Source: Nitrospiraceae bacterium (GTDB taxonomy: Bacteria; Nitrospirota; Nitrospiria; Nitrospirales; UBA2166). Taken from it: a stretch of 64,000 nt of DNA. Made by a program: the position numbers and the translations under genes. The notes under the pieces are model-generated. The model saw nothing but the letters and a program-made list of their open reading frames with translations, was not told the origin of the DNA and did no database searches. How positions within the stretch are numbered: the first letter of the stretch is position 1; every line of letters starts with the position of its first letter. The stretch covers positions 561,781 through 625,780 of the forward strand of contig PBSN01000008.1 of the NCBI GenBank assembly GCA_002726235.1, given 5' to 3'. Below, one piece after another: positions 41,932 to 52,203 of this stretch.

Positions 41932-43209
41932 ATGTTTGATATTCGTGTTATCAGAGAGTCAGGGGATAAGATTCAAAGTCGACTTGGCGATCGAGGGAAG
42001 GGGATTGACTGGGATCTTCTCCTGAAACTTGATGTTGAGCGACGAGACCTTCTCACACAGGTTGAAAAAAAACGACATCGACGAAAGACCGTTCTTAGCG
42101 AGATTGGGAAACTGAAATGTCAGGGAAAGCCTGACGACACGAAACTGCTTCAAGAAGTTGAAAAGCTTGCCGAGGAGATTAGAGCAGAAGAGGCTGGGAT
42201 CAAACCAATTGAGGATCAATTGAACGATCTCTTACTCCGGATCCCCAATATTCCCCACGAGACAGTACCATCCGGAGAGAATGAGTCCCACAATGAAGAG
42301 TTTAGGCGATGGGGCACACCACCTCAGCTTACATTTTCTCCAGTACCACACGTCGAACTTGGTGAGTCGCTTGATATTTTGGACTTCAAGCGTGCTACAC
42401 GAATGTCGGGAAGCAGATTTACCATTTATAAGGGGGCGGGTGCACAACTGGAGCGGGCGTTAATGAACTATATGCTGGACTTGCATACTCAGAATCATGG
42501 CTATCTTGAAGTGATTCCTCCCTATCTGGTGAACCGGGCGGGAATGACAGGAACGGGACAACTGCCAAAGTTTGAGTCCGACCTGTTTTATATCGCAAGC
42601 GATGATTTCTTTCTCATTCCGACAGCAGAAGTGTCAGTAACCAATATTCATCGTGAGGAGATTCTTGATTCTGCTGATCTCCCACTACGATATGTTGCAG
42701 GAACTCCATGCTTCCGACGTGAAGCGGGGTCATATGGGAAAGATACGCGCGGATTGATTCGGCAACATCAATTTAATAAAGTGGAACTGGTGAGTTTCAC
42801 CAACCCGGAGGAGTCGTATGATGAGCTCGATCGTCTGCTCATCGACGTAGAAACGGTGCTACAACAGTTGGGGCTTCATTATCGTGTGGTCACACTGTGT
42901 TCTGGCGACATGGGGTTTTCAGCTGCAAAAACCTATGATGTCGAGGTGTGGATGCCAGTGCAAGGCGTGTTTCGCGAAATTTCGTCCTGTTCGAATTTTG
43001 AAGCGTTTCAAGCAAGGCGTGCTCGGATTAAATTCCGAGGAACGGATGGGAAAACAGACTTTGTTCATACGCTCAATGGATCAGGTGTGGCCATCGGACG
43101 TACCGTCGTGGCAATTCTCGAAACATTTCAGCAAAAAGATGGATCGGTCCTTATTCCAAAGGCGCTTCATCCCTACATGGGAGGCATAGACAAGATTGAA
43201 AAACGTTAG
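41932..43209 (+). CDS. serS: Serine--tRNA ligase
   Basis: IPNIPH, TGQLPKF, PTAEV, FRREAGSYG, RQHQFNKVE, EISSCSN, LNGSGVAIGR. Confidence 0.98.
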   Translation: MFDIRVIRESGDKIQSRLGDRGKGIDWDLLLKLDVERRDLLTQVEKKRHRRKTVLSEIGKLKCQGKPDDTKLLQEVEKLAEEIRAEEAGIKPIEDQLNDLLLRIPNIPHETVPSGENESHNEEFRRWGTPPQLTFSPVPHVELGESLDILDFKRATRMSGSRFTIYKGAGAQLERALMNYMLDLHTQNHGYLEVIPPYLVNRAGMTGTGQLPKFESDLFYIASDDFFLIPTAEVSVTNIHREEILDSADLPLRYVAGTPCFRREAGSYGKDTRGLIRQHQFNKVELVSFTNPEESYDELDRLLIDVETVLQQLGLHYRVVTLCSGDMGFSAAKTYDVEVWMPVQGVFREISSCSNFEAFQARRARIKFRGTDGKTDFVHTLNGSGVAIGRTVVAILETFQQKDGSVLIPKALHPYMGGIDKIEKR

Positions 43210-43211
43210 GG

Positions 43212-43299
<88 letters not shown>

Positions 43300-43366
43300 T
43301 CTATCATGTAGACAACCCTAGCAATGTTCATCATAAACGCGTAAAGCATTTAGCCTTTTTTCAAAC

Positions 43367-43458
<92 letters not shown>

Positions 43459-43739
43459 TATTCCAGCGCAAAAGCTGGTGGCATTTAAAAACATTTCTCT
43501 TCGACTCTTCTTTCACCACTACGAACACATTTTTTGTCCTAGGTGATGGTGTTTCCAACTCACTCTATTACCTTCACCAATTGATCTTCCCGTGTGCACC
43601 CAGAGTGTCCATGGCACTCTGTATTCACGCTGCGAACGAAAGGGCGTTTTTCACTGTCACTCTCCCCACTTCATACATGACATTCTTGGAACATTAAATC
43701 TCCATTCCAGTAGGCGTGTCCTTCTCCATCAAATTAAAT

Positions 43740-43961
43740 TCAGCTGGGAGGTGTAGGCAACTCGGCGTACGTCCGTCCATATCTCCATTGATTCGTATTC
43801 CACATGAATGGAGAGGTATTCCGATCCTCCTCTTGGACCGAAGACACTTCTATTGCGGGCTCTGATACCGTCCGTCGTAGATAAACCTCTTGAACCCGTT
43901 TTTGATATTCCAGCAAAGCACGTAACAGGTTGCGGCACTGTTGATTGGCTTTCATTGCCAT
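43740..43961 (-). CDS. Small hypothetical protein (73 aa)
   Basis: RBS ggtgaggag; start overlaps the stop of the upstream ORF. Confidence 0.55.
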   Translation of the reverse strand: MAMKANQQCRNLLRALLEYQKRVQEVYLRRTVSEPAIEVSSVQEEDRNTSPFMWNTNQWRYGRTYAELPTPPS

Positions 43962-44134
43962 CGCTCCTCACCTTCATCTCTATCTAATGGAATGCTCCGA
44001 GGATTTTCCACTAACACTGTCAAGTGAATATTTCTTCCCATCAAGTAAATCGCTTGTGGGGACGGTCCAATAAAAGTTGTGCCGTAGTAGCGGCAAAGCC
44101 AGCCAAACTCTGCATTTTCAGATGGTTCAATCAC
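43952..44134 (-). CDS. Small hypothetical protein (60 aa)
   Basis: RBS ggagg and GTG start in a GTGA overlap with the upstream stop at 44131. Confidence 0.55.
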   Translation of the reverse strand: MIEPSENAEFGWLCRYYGTTFIGPSPQAIYLMGRNIHLTVLVENPRSIPLDRDEGEERWQ

Positions 44135-44364
44135 GATTTGTTTCCTCCATCTGCTATCCAAGTGATTGGAATAAACTGCTTGTTCTCAATCGGACTGTCA
44201 TAACGTTGTGTCCCGTATAGGTTGGAAAGCATCACAAACCCAAAGATGATGACAGCCCCACCCACAATGGCAAACCAAAGACCCGTCCATACATCATGAG
44301 CAAATGTGTCGTCGGTAGCATTCTTGTCCACTTTCCTTGGGTTCCCCCGCAATAATGATGCCAT
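44131..44364 (-). CDS. Small single-TM hypothetical protein (~77 aa)
   Basis: Clear TM segment VWTGLWFAIVGGAVIIFGFVML; first of three coupled ORFs. Confidence 0.55.
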   Translation of the reverse strand: MASLLRGNPRKVDKNATDDTFAHDVWTGLWFAIVGGAVIIFGFVMLSNLYGTQRYDSPIENKQFIPITWIADGGNKS

Positions 44365-44902
44365 AACACTCGAACGATGCATTCAAAGATAAGGTTCACC
44401 TCAACATTCGATAATGATTGGAGTTTCTTCATGTGTAAGTAAAACGCAATGAAGAAACCGTGTTGAGTGGGTGCGAGAGTTTCAAGTCCACGTTGTATCT
44501 CAACTGATACAGCTGTATCAATTCGGATACGCCGGAGGCACTCAGTGACTGTGATGTTCGCGAAGAAAAGATCTCACCCAATGAAATTATCGATTCCATT
44601 GGATTCTCTTTTCGTTAGGCGACCCACCTCATTGCCGATTGGAACCACATGCTCACATGGCTTAAAGCGGTTAATGTACTCAAGGATATGCATCGTATCG
44701 GGTCAAGAGACTGCAAAATCCATCAGTACGATGGAATCCTTCCGCTTCCCTGTAATCCCTCTTAGTTTTTGGTCAAATAGAATTCAAGGTGGCCTTGAGG
44801 AAATTACATCCTATGCGCTTGCCATTCCACAGCGACAAGCTTAATGTTTTCAATGGCAATTCACCTATCGATTTCATACGGTACCGAGACGGAGGGAGTA
44901 CG

Positions 44903-45157
44903 ATGAGCTGGATCACTGTCATGGGTTTTGTCGCTGGGACTTGTACAACCGCCGCGTTTCTTCCTCAAGTTGCAAAAATGTTTTTAACGAAAAAAACGCA
45001 AGATATCTCCCTGTTTATGTACATCATTCTGGCAACGGGTGTACTGTTGTGGACGATTTACGGGTTCATTAATGAGGACATCCCGCTACTGCTCGCGAAT
45101 GGCATCACGTTGGTCTTTGTTTGCAGTATCCTTGTTCTGAAGCTACGGCATGGGTAA
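44903..45157 (+). CDS. SemiSWEET (MtN3/PQ-loop) sugar transporter
   Basis: RBS ggaggga; GFVAGTCTTAAFLPQ, TQDISL.MY, LWTIYG, PLLLAN; three TMs. Confidence 0.93.
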   Translation: MSWITVMGFVAGTCTTAAFLPQVAKMFLTKKTQDISLFMYIILATGVLLWTIYGFINEDIPLLLANGITLVFVCSILVLKLRHG

Positions 45158-45468
45158 AAAAGAAGGTACAGAAAAACACACGGCAAACCGCCAAATGTTC
45201 TCACTGCAGGCAATATGCCTCGTCATACAATGCCGGTCACCACACTGATCATTGATGGACACTCAAATGATAGGTGGATCGCAACGGCTAACCAACGAAT
45301 GGATGGCAAATCACTAACACCCATCACACAGCACACACCAATCACATCACCGCGTTCTAATCCTGTAATACTCACAACCCATTCTTGTTAAACGTTGAAT
45401 CGTCTTCCAAGAAGATGTATCCTTCTTTAGTGATGATGCGAGTAAACCCTGATGGAGGAGGTAAAGGC

Positions 45469-46263
45469 GTGATGACACCCCTCCTGTTCGCCCTGCTCCT
45501 GCTGTTCAACGTGAGCCAGATTGCACTTGCTGGTGACTATGAAGATGGCGTGGATGCACTTGCTCGTGGAGACTATACGACAGCCGCCCAGAAGTTCAGG
45601 CAAGCCGCGGAGGCCGCTCATACCGAAGCCCAATTCTCCCTTGGCGCAATGTACTTCAACGGAGAAGGGGTGTTGCAAGACGATAAGGAAGCGGCACGCT
45701 GGTACGCCAAATCAGCGGAAGCTGGTTTTGCGTTCGCCCAAGTCCAGCTTGCCTGGATGTACGCTAATGGGCTAGGGGTACCAAAAGACGATCACGAAGC
45801 CGTACGCTGGTACCGCCAAGCCGCGGAAGCTGGCCATACGAAAGCACAAAACCAGCTTGGGTGGATGTACGAGAAAGGCCAAGGTGTGCCGCAAGACGAT
45901 CACGAAGCCGTACGCTGGTACCGCCAAGCCGCGGAAGCTGGTCATGCAAAGGCACAAAACCAGCTTGGGTGGATGTACGAGAAAGGCCGAGGTGTACCGC
46001 AAGACGATCACGAAGCCGCACGCTGGTATCGCCAAGCTGCGGAAGCTGGTTTTGCGTTTGCCAAAGTCAATCTTAGCCTGATGTACACTAGCGGGCGTGG
46101 CGTACCAGAAGACTACGTGCAAGCCCTCAGGTGGGCTGACCTTGCCGCAGCGACTGCGCCTAACAAAGAACTCAGAGATCTTGCAGTCAAAATACGTAGT
46201 GATATTGCAGGAATGATGTCACAAGAGCAAATCGAGGAAGCGCAACGTCTAACCAGCGAGTGA
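45469..46263 (+). CDS. Secreted Sel1-repeat protein
   Basis: RBS ggaggagg, signal peptide ALA|G, 36-aa Sel1 units (AQxxLGxMYxxGxGVPQD..EAxxWY..AAEAG). Confidence 0.92.
   Translation: MMTPLLFALLLLFNVSQIALAGDYEDGVDALARGDYTTAAQKFRQAAEAAHTEAQFSLGAMYFNGEGVLQDDKEAARWYAKSAEAGFAFAQVQLAWMYANGLGVPKDDHEAVRWYRQAAEAGHTKAQNQLGWMYEKGQGVPQDDHEAVRWYRQAAEAGHAKAQNQLGWMYEKGRGVPQDDHEAARWYRQAAEAGFAFAKVNLSLMYTSGRGVPEDYVQALRWADLAAATAPNKELRDLAVKIRSDIAGMMSQEQIEEAQRLTSE
45787..46050 (+). repeat. Near-identical 108-bp tandem repeats inside the Sel1 gene
   Basis: gacgatcacgaagccg(t/c)acgctggta.cgccaagc.gcggaagctgg begins at 45787, 45895 and 46003. Confidence 0.9.
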
Positions 46264-46413
46264 ATGGCAACTCACTAGCACCATATCACGCGCCCCCTGT
46301 CTCTGCCGCCTTGCACATCATAGCCTCTGTGAGCATCATACCTATTCATTTACAACACAGGTGAGAATGCTGCGTGTATTGAAAATTGATCCATTGAAAC
46401 TTCTCAATATTCC

Positions 46414-47742
46414 ATGAAACAACGTGCCTCTCTGCACACGGTTGGGTGTCGTCTTAACCAATCTGAAACCGCTATTTTTTTTCACCAACTCCAAGCGTCA
46501 GGTTTTCAGTTAGTGCCTTTTGGGGAACCAACTGATCTCTTCATTCTTAATACCTGTTCAGTGACCCATAGCGCGGAAGCTGATTGCCGCCGTGCAATAC
46601 GGCGAACCATGCAGCATTCCCCCAATGCATTTATTGCCGTAACGGGGTGCTATGCACAGACTGGAGCTAGCTCACTTGGAATGATTCATGGAGTGGATTT
46701 GATCGTTGGAAGCCAACACAAAATGACTGTCCTTGACTTGATTCCTTCCCTCAAGAAACAAAATACTCCTGAAATTGTTCGTGGACACCCCACTCGCGAC
46801 AATTTTATCATCGACGGAGTTGGGTACTTTGAATCAACTCGAGCAACACTGAAAGTACAGGATGGTTGCGACTTTATGTGTTCGTTTTGCAACATTCCTT
46901 TTGCCAGGGGGCGAGAGCGCAGTCGCACGATGGACGATCTGTTGCGTGAAGGACAAGCACTTATTGACCGTGGCCACAAAGAGATAATCATTTCTGGGGT
47001 CAACGTTGGGAAGTATGAGTCGGCTGGGTATTCGCTTCTCGATGTCATTCGAAGATTGGAAAAACTCCCTGGAATTATTCGTATCAGAATTTCCTCGATC
47101 GAACCAACGACCATTCCAGACGCCTTACTGGAACACATGGCTCATTCTTCTATCCTTTGTCACTATCTCCATGTACCTATTCAAAGCGGTGATGATGACA
47201 TTTTACGCCGTATGCATCGACGCTATTCGGTTTGTGAATACAAGGAATGTATTGAAAAAGCTGCCCGCATGATTCCTGGAGCATGTTTTGGAACTGACGT
47301 GATGGTAGGATTTCCTGGAGAAGGTGAAAATGAATTCGCCCATACCATCGATGTCATCAATGCACTGCCACTCTCCTATTTCCACGTGTTTAGTTACTCT
47401 GAACGACCAGGAACAGCGGCAGGAAAATTTGAGGAAAAGGTTCATCCACACATCATTAAGGCGCGAAGTAAGCAATTAAGAACTATTTCTAAAACTAAAC
47501 GGCTTGCGAGCTACCACCGGTATATCGGAGAATGTGTTTCTGTCTTGTTTGAACAGCGCGATACTGCTGGCTATTGGACTGGACTCACGGATACATATGT
47601 CCGTGTGAGCGTTAGAACGGATGAGGATCTAGCAAACAAGCTACGACTAGTTCACGTTGCCGGTATTATGGGTGATAAAGCGGTGGGAGAGTTAGTTGGG
47701 AAAAACACGAAACCGGAAAAGCGCTTGGTGATGGTGTCATGA
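46414..47742 (+). CDS. mtaB: tRNA t6A37 methylthiotransferase
   Basis: TVGCRLNQSE, NTCSVT, VTGCYAQ, LKVQDGCDFMCSFC, RISSIEP, HVFSYSERPGT. Confidence 0.9.
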   Translation: MKQRASLHTVGCRLNQSETAIFFHQLQASGFQLVPFGEPTDLFILNTCSVTHSAEADCRRAIRRTMQHSPNAFIAVTGCYAQTGASSLGMIHGVDLIVGSQHKMTVLDLIPSLKKQNTPEIVRGHPTRDNFIIDGVGYFESTRATLKVQDGCDFMCSFCNIPFARGRERSRTMDDLLREGQALIDRGHKEIIISGVNVGKYESAGYSLLDVIRRLEKLPGIIRIRISSIEPTTIPDALLEHMAHSSILCHYLHVPIQSGDDDILRRMHRRYSVCEYKECIEKAARMIPGACFGTDVMVGFPGEGENEFAHTIDVINALPLSYFHVFSYSERPGTAAGKFEEKVHPHIIKARSKQLRTISKTKRLASYHRYIGECVSVLFEQRDTAGYWTGLTDTYVRVSVRTDEDLANKLRLVHVAGIMGDKAVGELVGKNTKPEKRLVMVS

Positions 47743-49061
47743 GTCACGCAGTTTATCTTGAGACATTCGGCTGTCAGATGAATGAGTATGACAGCGATAT
47801 CATACGCACCATCCTCAAACAACATGATTTTAAATTCACAAATCACCTTGATGATGCAGATGTTGTGCTGATGAACACGTGCGCAATTCGAGAATCTGCA
47901 CAGGACAGAATTCATGGACGACTTGCAGGATTAAAACGACTCAAGCATGAGCGTGGTCTCGTCGTGGGACTGCTTGGATGTATGGCTCAGAATCTCAAAA
48001 AAGACCTCATGAAGGCCGATTCGGTTATTGATGTGCTCGTCGGTCCAGATGGATATCGCAAACTTCCCAATCTCCTCACAAAAGCGCTTGACGCACATCA
48101 CCCTAGGATGGAAATAACTTTATCAGAGTCTGAGACCTATGCGGATATCGTCCCCGAGCAAATCGATAGCGTGACAGCTTTGGTCTCCATTATGCGTGGT
48201 TGCGACAATTTTTGTACTTTTTGTGTCGTACCCTACACTCGCGGACGCGAGCGTAGCCAAAACCCGGAAAGCATTATTTTTGAAGTGCGCCAATTGGCGA
48301 ACAACGGAATCAAGCAGGTCACCCTTCTTGGACAGAACGTAAACTCATATGCCGTGAATGGGACAGATTTTGTCGATCTAATTATTCGTGTAGCAGATAT
48401 TCCTGGAATTGAACGAGTTCGATTTACCTCACCACATCCAAAGGATTTTCCAGAAAAACTTATAGACGCCATTATTGACCATCCACGAATTTGCAAGCAC
48501 ATCCATCTTCCACTTCAGTCGGGAAGTGATAGAATTCTCGAACTCATGAATCGGACATACACCCAGCAAGCCTTTATCGATCTTGCCAATGATATGCGAA
48601 ATCGCTGCCCACAGCTCACATTAACTACCGATGTGATTGTCGGATTTTGTTCGGAAAGTGAGGAAGACTTCGCGGATACCTATCGCGTAATGGAGAAAAT
48701 TGGATTCAACGCGGCATTTACCTTTATGTACTCTGAGCGGAAAAATACGATTGCGGCGCGACACTATCCCGACAATGTCCCACAGACCGTGAAAGTCGAC
48801 CGAGTCTCACGCCTAGTCGAATTGCAAAACCGGATGTCGCGTCAATTAAATCGTGCCTTGATCGGGAAGAAACTTAAAGTTCTGGTTCAGGGAAACGCGA
48901 AGAAATCAGAAGACCAGTGGATGGGAAGGACCGATGGCAATACCATGGCCGTCTTTCCAAAAACAGGCAAAGAAGTATATCCAGGGAAGACAGCCACGAT
49001 AACCATTTCAGATGCGACGTCACATACCTTGATCGGAGAGACAATCCCATCGTTTCAATGA
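47739..49061 (+). CDS. miaB: tRNA i6A37 methylthiotransferase
   Basis: TFGCQMNEYDS, NTCAIRE, GCMAQ, MRGCDNFCTFCVVP, RFTSPHPKD, C-terminal TRAM domain. Confidence 0.95.
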   Translation: MSHAVYLETFGCQMNEYDSDIIRTILKQHDFKFTNHLDDADVVLMNTCAIRESAQDRIHGRLAGLKRLKHERGLVVGLLGCMAQNLKKDLMKADSVIDVLVGPDGYRKLPNLLTKALDAHHPRMEITLSESETYADIVPEQIDSVTALVSIMRGCDNFCTFCVVPYTRGRERSQNPESIIFEVRQLANNGIKQVTLLGQNVNSYAVNGTDFVDLIIRVADIPGIERVRFTSPHPKDFPEKLIDAIIDHPRICKHIHLPLQSGSDRILELMNRTYTQQAFIDLANDMRNRCPQLTLTTDVIVGFCSESEEDFADTYRVMEKIGFNAAFTFMYSERKNTIAARHYPDNVPQTVKVDRVSRLVELQNRMSRQLNRALIGKKLKVLVQGNAKKSEDQWMGRTDGNTMAVFPKTGKEVYPGKTATITISDATSHTLIGETIPSFQ

Positions 49062-49343
49062 AATTGTCGCAATGCTTCCCTACTAAGCTTCCTGTTAGAT
49101 ACAATTATCCCAAACGTTAGATTTGCCCCATCTTGCACATCCCTTTTTGAGTTCTACAATGAGCGGATCCTTCTTGTCTTTGCTACTCACCAAAGTATCA
49201 ACAGACCAGCGAATCTAACCGATGCGGCTAGGAAAGATCAAAGCAAACGAGAAAGGCGAGGAAAAGAAGAACAGTATCTGACGGATCATGCAAAACTGGA
49301 CGCGTCGGGATGATCGTGGCATATGTATCGCGTAATGCAAGTG

Positions 49344-50540
49344 CTAGTGATTCGACATCCACTTACGGGCCATCAGTTCGGCTTCCACGAGTTGCTCTGC
49401 TGAGAGTCTGCTTGTCACAACATCACGGGACTTGCTTGCAAATGTTTTGAGTTCGTTGTCGGTTGAAGTCGCTGTAGCAAGGCTATACCACTTGTGCGCT
49501 TGTACCTCGTCTTGCAACACCCCTTGCCCATTGAAGTACCTCACAGCAAGACTATTTTGGGCCTCTGGAACTCCAGCCTCCGCGGCTTGACTCCACCAAC
49601 GCACAGCTTCCACATCGTCTTGCGGAACCCCTTTCCCTTTGTCGTACATCACGCCAAGGTTGTATTGGGCATCTATGTCACCAGCCACCGCGGCTTTACG
49701 GTACCAGTGCACTGATTCCTTGTCATCTTGTGGCACACCCCATCCTCTAGCGTACATCACGCCAAGAGTGTTTTGGGCCTCTCTATCAGCAGCCTCAGCG
49801 GCTTTACGATACCAGCGCACCGCTTCTGTATCGTCTTTCGACACCCCTTTCCCTTCGCCATACATCAGACCAAGACTATATTGGGCCTCCACAACGCCAG
49901 CCTCTGCGGCCTGCCGATACCAGCGCACTGCTTCCACATTGTCCTGCAGCACCCCTTGCCCTTTATCGTACATCACGCCAAGATTGTATTTGGCCTTCGC
50001 ATCACCGGCTTCCGCGGCTTGGGTAAACCAATACGCCGTTTTCTCAAAATCTTTCGGAACCCCCTCCCCATTGAAATACATCGCGCCAAGATTGAGTTGG
50101 GCTAACGTATGACCTCCTTCTGCCGCATGGGTAAACCAGCGCACCGCTTCCACATTGTCCTGCAACACCCCTTTCCCTTTGTAATGCATCCAGCCAAGAT
50201 TGTGCTGCGCCTCTGTGAATCCAGCCTCCGCAGCTGGCCTCCACCAACGTACGGCTTTCACATTGTCTTGCGGTACCCCTTGCCCTAAAGCGTACATCCA
50301 TCCAAGATTGGTTTGGGCCTCCACATGACCACCCTCCGCGGCTGGCTGGAACTGCTCTAAGGCTATTGTGTAATCCTCACTCTCATATGCAGCTTTACCA
50401 TCTTGATAGGCAACTTCAGCTTGGCTGGATGAGAAGACTGCTGCAGGAAGAGACTCAGCAGAATCCATGGTCTCCTTGGATTCACACCCAAGACTGAACA
50501 GAGCGAGAATGATGAGAAGAGGCATTACGATCCAAGGCAT
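49344..50540 (-). CDS. Sel1-repeat lipoprotein
   Basis: Lipobox FSLG|C and about eight Sel1 units; start 50540 or 50576. Confidence 0.92.
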   Translation of the reverse strand: MPWIVMPLLIILALFSLGCESKETMDSAESLPAAVFSSSQAEVAYQDGKAAYESEDYTIALEQFQPAAEGGHVEAQTNLGWMYALGQGVPQDNVKAVRWWRPAAEAGFTEAQHNLGWMHYKGKGVLQDNVEAVRWFTHAAEGGHTLAQLNLGAMYFNGEGVPKDFEKTAYWFTQAAEAGDAKAKYNLGVMYDKGQGVLQDNVEAVRWYRQAAEAGVVEAQYSLGLMYGEGKGVSKDDTEAVRWYRKAAEAADREAQNTLGVMYARGWGVPQDDKESVHWYRKAAVAGDIDAQYNLGVMYDKGKGVPQDDVEAVRWWSQAAEAGVPEAQNSLAVRYFNGQGVLQDEVQAHKWYSLATATSTDNELKTFASKSRDVVTSRLSAEQLVEAELMARKWMSNH

Positions 50541-50625
50541 ACGGTTCTCCCCAGCATTGTTGAAGCAGGATTCCATCCCATCATCACTGACGAAATAAAG
50601 TCAAAAACTTACGAGACAGGATCGT

Positions 50626-50701
50626 TGGTGGAGCTGAGGGGGGTCGAACCCCTGACCTCGAGACTGCCAGTCTCGCGCGCTCCCAACTGCGCCACAGCCC
50701 C
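50626..50701 (-). tRNA. tRNA-Ala (anticodon GGC)
   Basis: Reverse complement reads GGGGCTG...cgaga-ctGGCag-tctcg...GGTTCGACCCC..CAGCTCC-A-CCA, 76 nt, with G3:U70. Confidence 0.96.
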
Positions 50702-50711
50702 ACACAAGGCG

Positions 50712-50740
50712 ATGATATCGACCCTCTTGAGTACTGTCAA
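50712..50740 (-). promoter_or_regulatory. Sigma70 promoter of tRNA-Ala
   Basis: Minus strand TTGACA (50740-50735), 17-bp spacer, TATCAT (50717-50712), 10 nt before the tRNA. Confidence 0.75.
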
Positions 50741-50882
50741 GAGAACTTCAGCAGGATATTTCTAACATTTCGAATGTGTGTTAGGCAACGATTATGATCT
50801 GCAGTCATCCACCTAGGATATGGGACATTTTACATATTCACCACCCTGCAAGAAGGGGTAGAATAACGTCCCTACATCACCA

Positions 50883-52100
50883 CTATGGAGAATACGTAAC
50901 GGTGGCAAACTTTCGTTTTCCGACACGAATCTTGTAGAGTTTTCCTTCGGAGAGTTCTATCTTGGCATGAGGATCGGTTGGGCGTTGACCATCAAGCTCA
51001 ACACTCCCCTGTTGCACAAGTCTCCTTGCCTCATTTCGGCTCGAGACCAATCCAGTTTTCTCGAGTAATGCAATGATCCAGATAGAGGGATTGTCAGGTA
51101 AATCAACATCACTCGCGCTCAACTGCACACTGGCATCAGGCTGATCTGGAAATTCTTTTTGGCCAAAGCGCTTCTGAAATTCTTCACGTGCATGTTTGGC
51201 GTTCTCAGCCCCGTGATAGCGCGCGGTAATTTCATGCGCAAGATCTTTCTTCGCTTCCATGGGATGCACGCTCTGCACATTTTCAATATCACGATCGGAA
51301 AGGAGTTCATAGTACCGCAACATTAACTCATCACTCACTGACATCAGCTTGCCAAACATTTCCGTCGGAGAATCATCTAACGCAACCACATTGCCAAAAC
51401 TCTTACTCATTTTCCGCACACCATCGATTCCCTCTAACAAGGGCATCGTCATCACAACCTGAGGGGGCTTCCCATAATCACGTTGTAATTCACGTCCCAT
51501 GAGCAGATTGAACTTCTGATCCGTTCCTCCAAGTTCAACATCCGCATCAAGCACGACCGAATCATATCCCTGAATAAGAGGATAGAGAAATTCATGGATG
51601 CTGATTGGCTTTCCTTCAGCATACCTCTTCTCAAAGTCATCGCGCTCAAGCATACGCGCCACTGTGTGACGGGCTGCAAGCTCAATGACCTTCTCCGCGG
51701 TCATCAGCTTCATCCATCGACTGTTGTAGTCAACAGTTGTGCGGTCTGGATCAAGAATCTTAAATATCTGACGTTCGTAGGCCATCGCATTATCCGTAAC
51801 CTGATCTTTCGTCATCGGCTTTCGTGTTTCGGACACCCCACTGGGATCTCCAATCATCCCGGTAAAGTCTCCAATGAGAAAAATGATGTCGTGTCCACAA
51901 TCCTGGAAATGTTTCAGTTTGTGAAGGAGCACGGTGTGACCAAGATGGAGATCTGGAGCGGTTGGATCAAATCCAGCTTTAATTTTCAATGGGCAGGCGT
52001 GTTGCTGTGACCATTCAAGTTTCTGTCGCAGTGCCTCCTTTGGAATTACCTCGATAGTCCCGCGGTTGAGAAGAGACAACTGCTGATCGATAGGAGTCAT
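50883..52100 (-). CDS. tyrS: Tyrosine--tRNA ligase
   Basis: [35 protein letters not shown]4 domain. Confidence 0.98.
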   Translation of the reverse strand: MTPIDQQLSLLNRGTIEVIPKEALRQKLEWSQQHACPLKIKAGFDPTAPDLHLGHTVLLHKLKHFQDCGHDIIFLIGDFTGMIGDPSGVSETRKPMTKDQVTDNAMAYERQIFKILDPDRTTVDYNSRWMKLMTAEKVIELAARHTVARMLERDDFEKRYAEGKPISIHEFLYPLIQGYDSVVLDADVELGGTDQKFNLLMGRELQRDYGKPPQVVMTMPLLEGIDGVRKMSKSFGNVVALDDSPTEMFGKLMSVSDELMLRYYELLSDRDIENVQSVHPMEAKKDLAHEITARYHGAENAKHAREEFQKRFGQKEFPDQPDASVQLSASDVDLPDNPSIWIIALLEKTGLVSSRNEARRLVQQGSVELDGQRPTDPHAKIELSEGKLYKIRVGKRKFATVTYSP

Positions 52101-52203
52101 CGAGTGGAGAGACCAGAGGATGCTGAAAAAAGAGAGGCCAGTCGCAACATCCTATTGTACACCTAGAGTGAGAAAAGAACCTGAAGAAGTAGTAAGTTCA
52201 AGA

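Noticed and set aside
44467-44844. 125-aa ORF upstream of SemiSWEET
   Set aside because: No RBS or motif and atypical composition; cannot be supported without a homology search.
45787-46050. Regularly spaced repeats as a CRISPR array
   Set aside because: The 108-bp period is in frame with Sel1 units, there are no unique spacers, and no cas genes are present.
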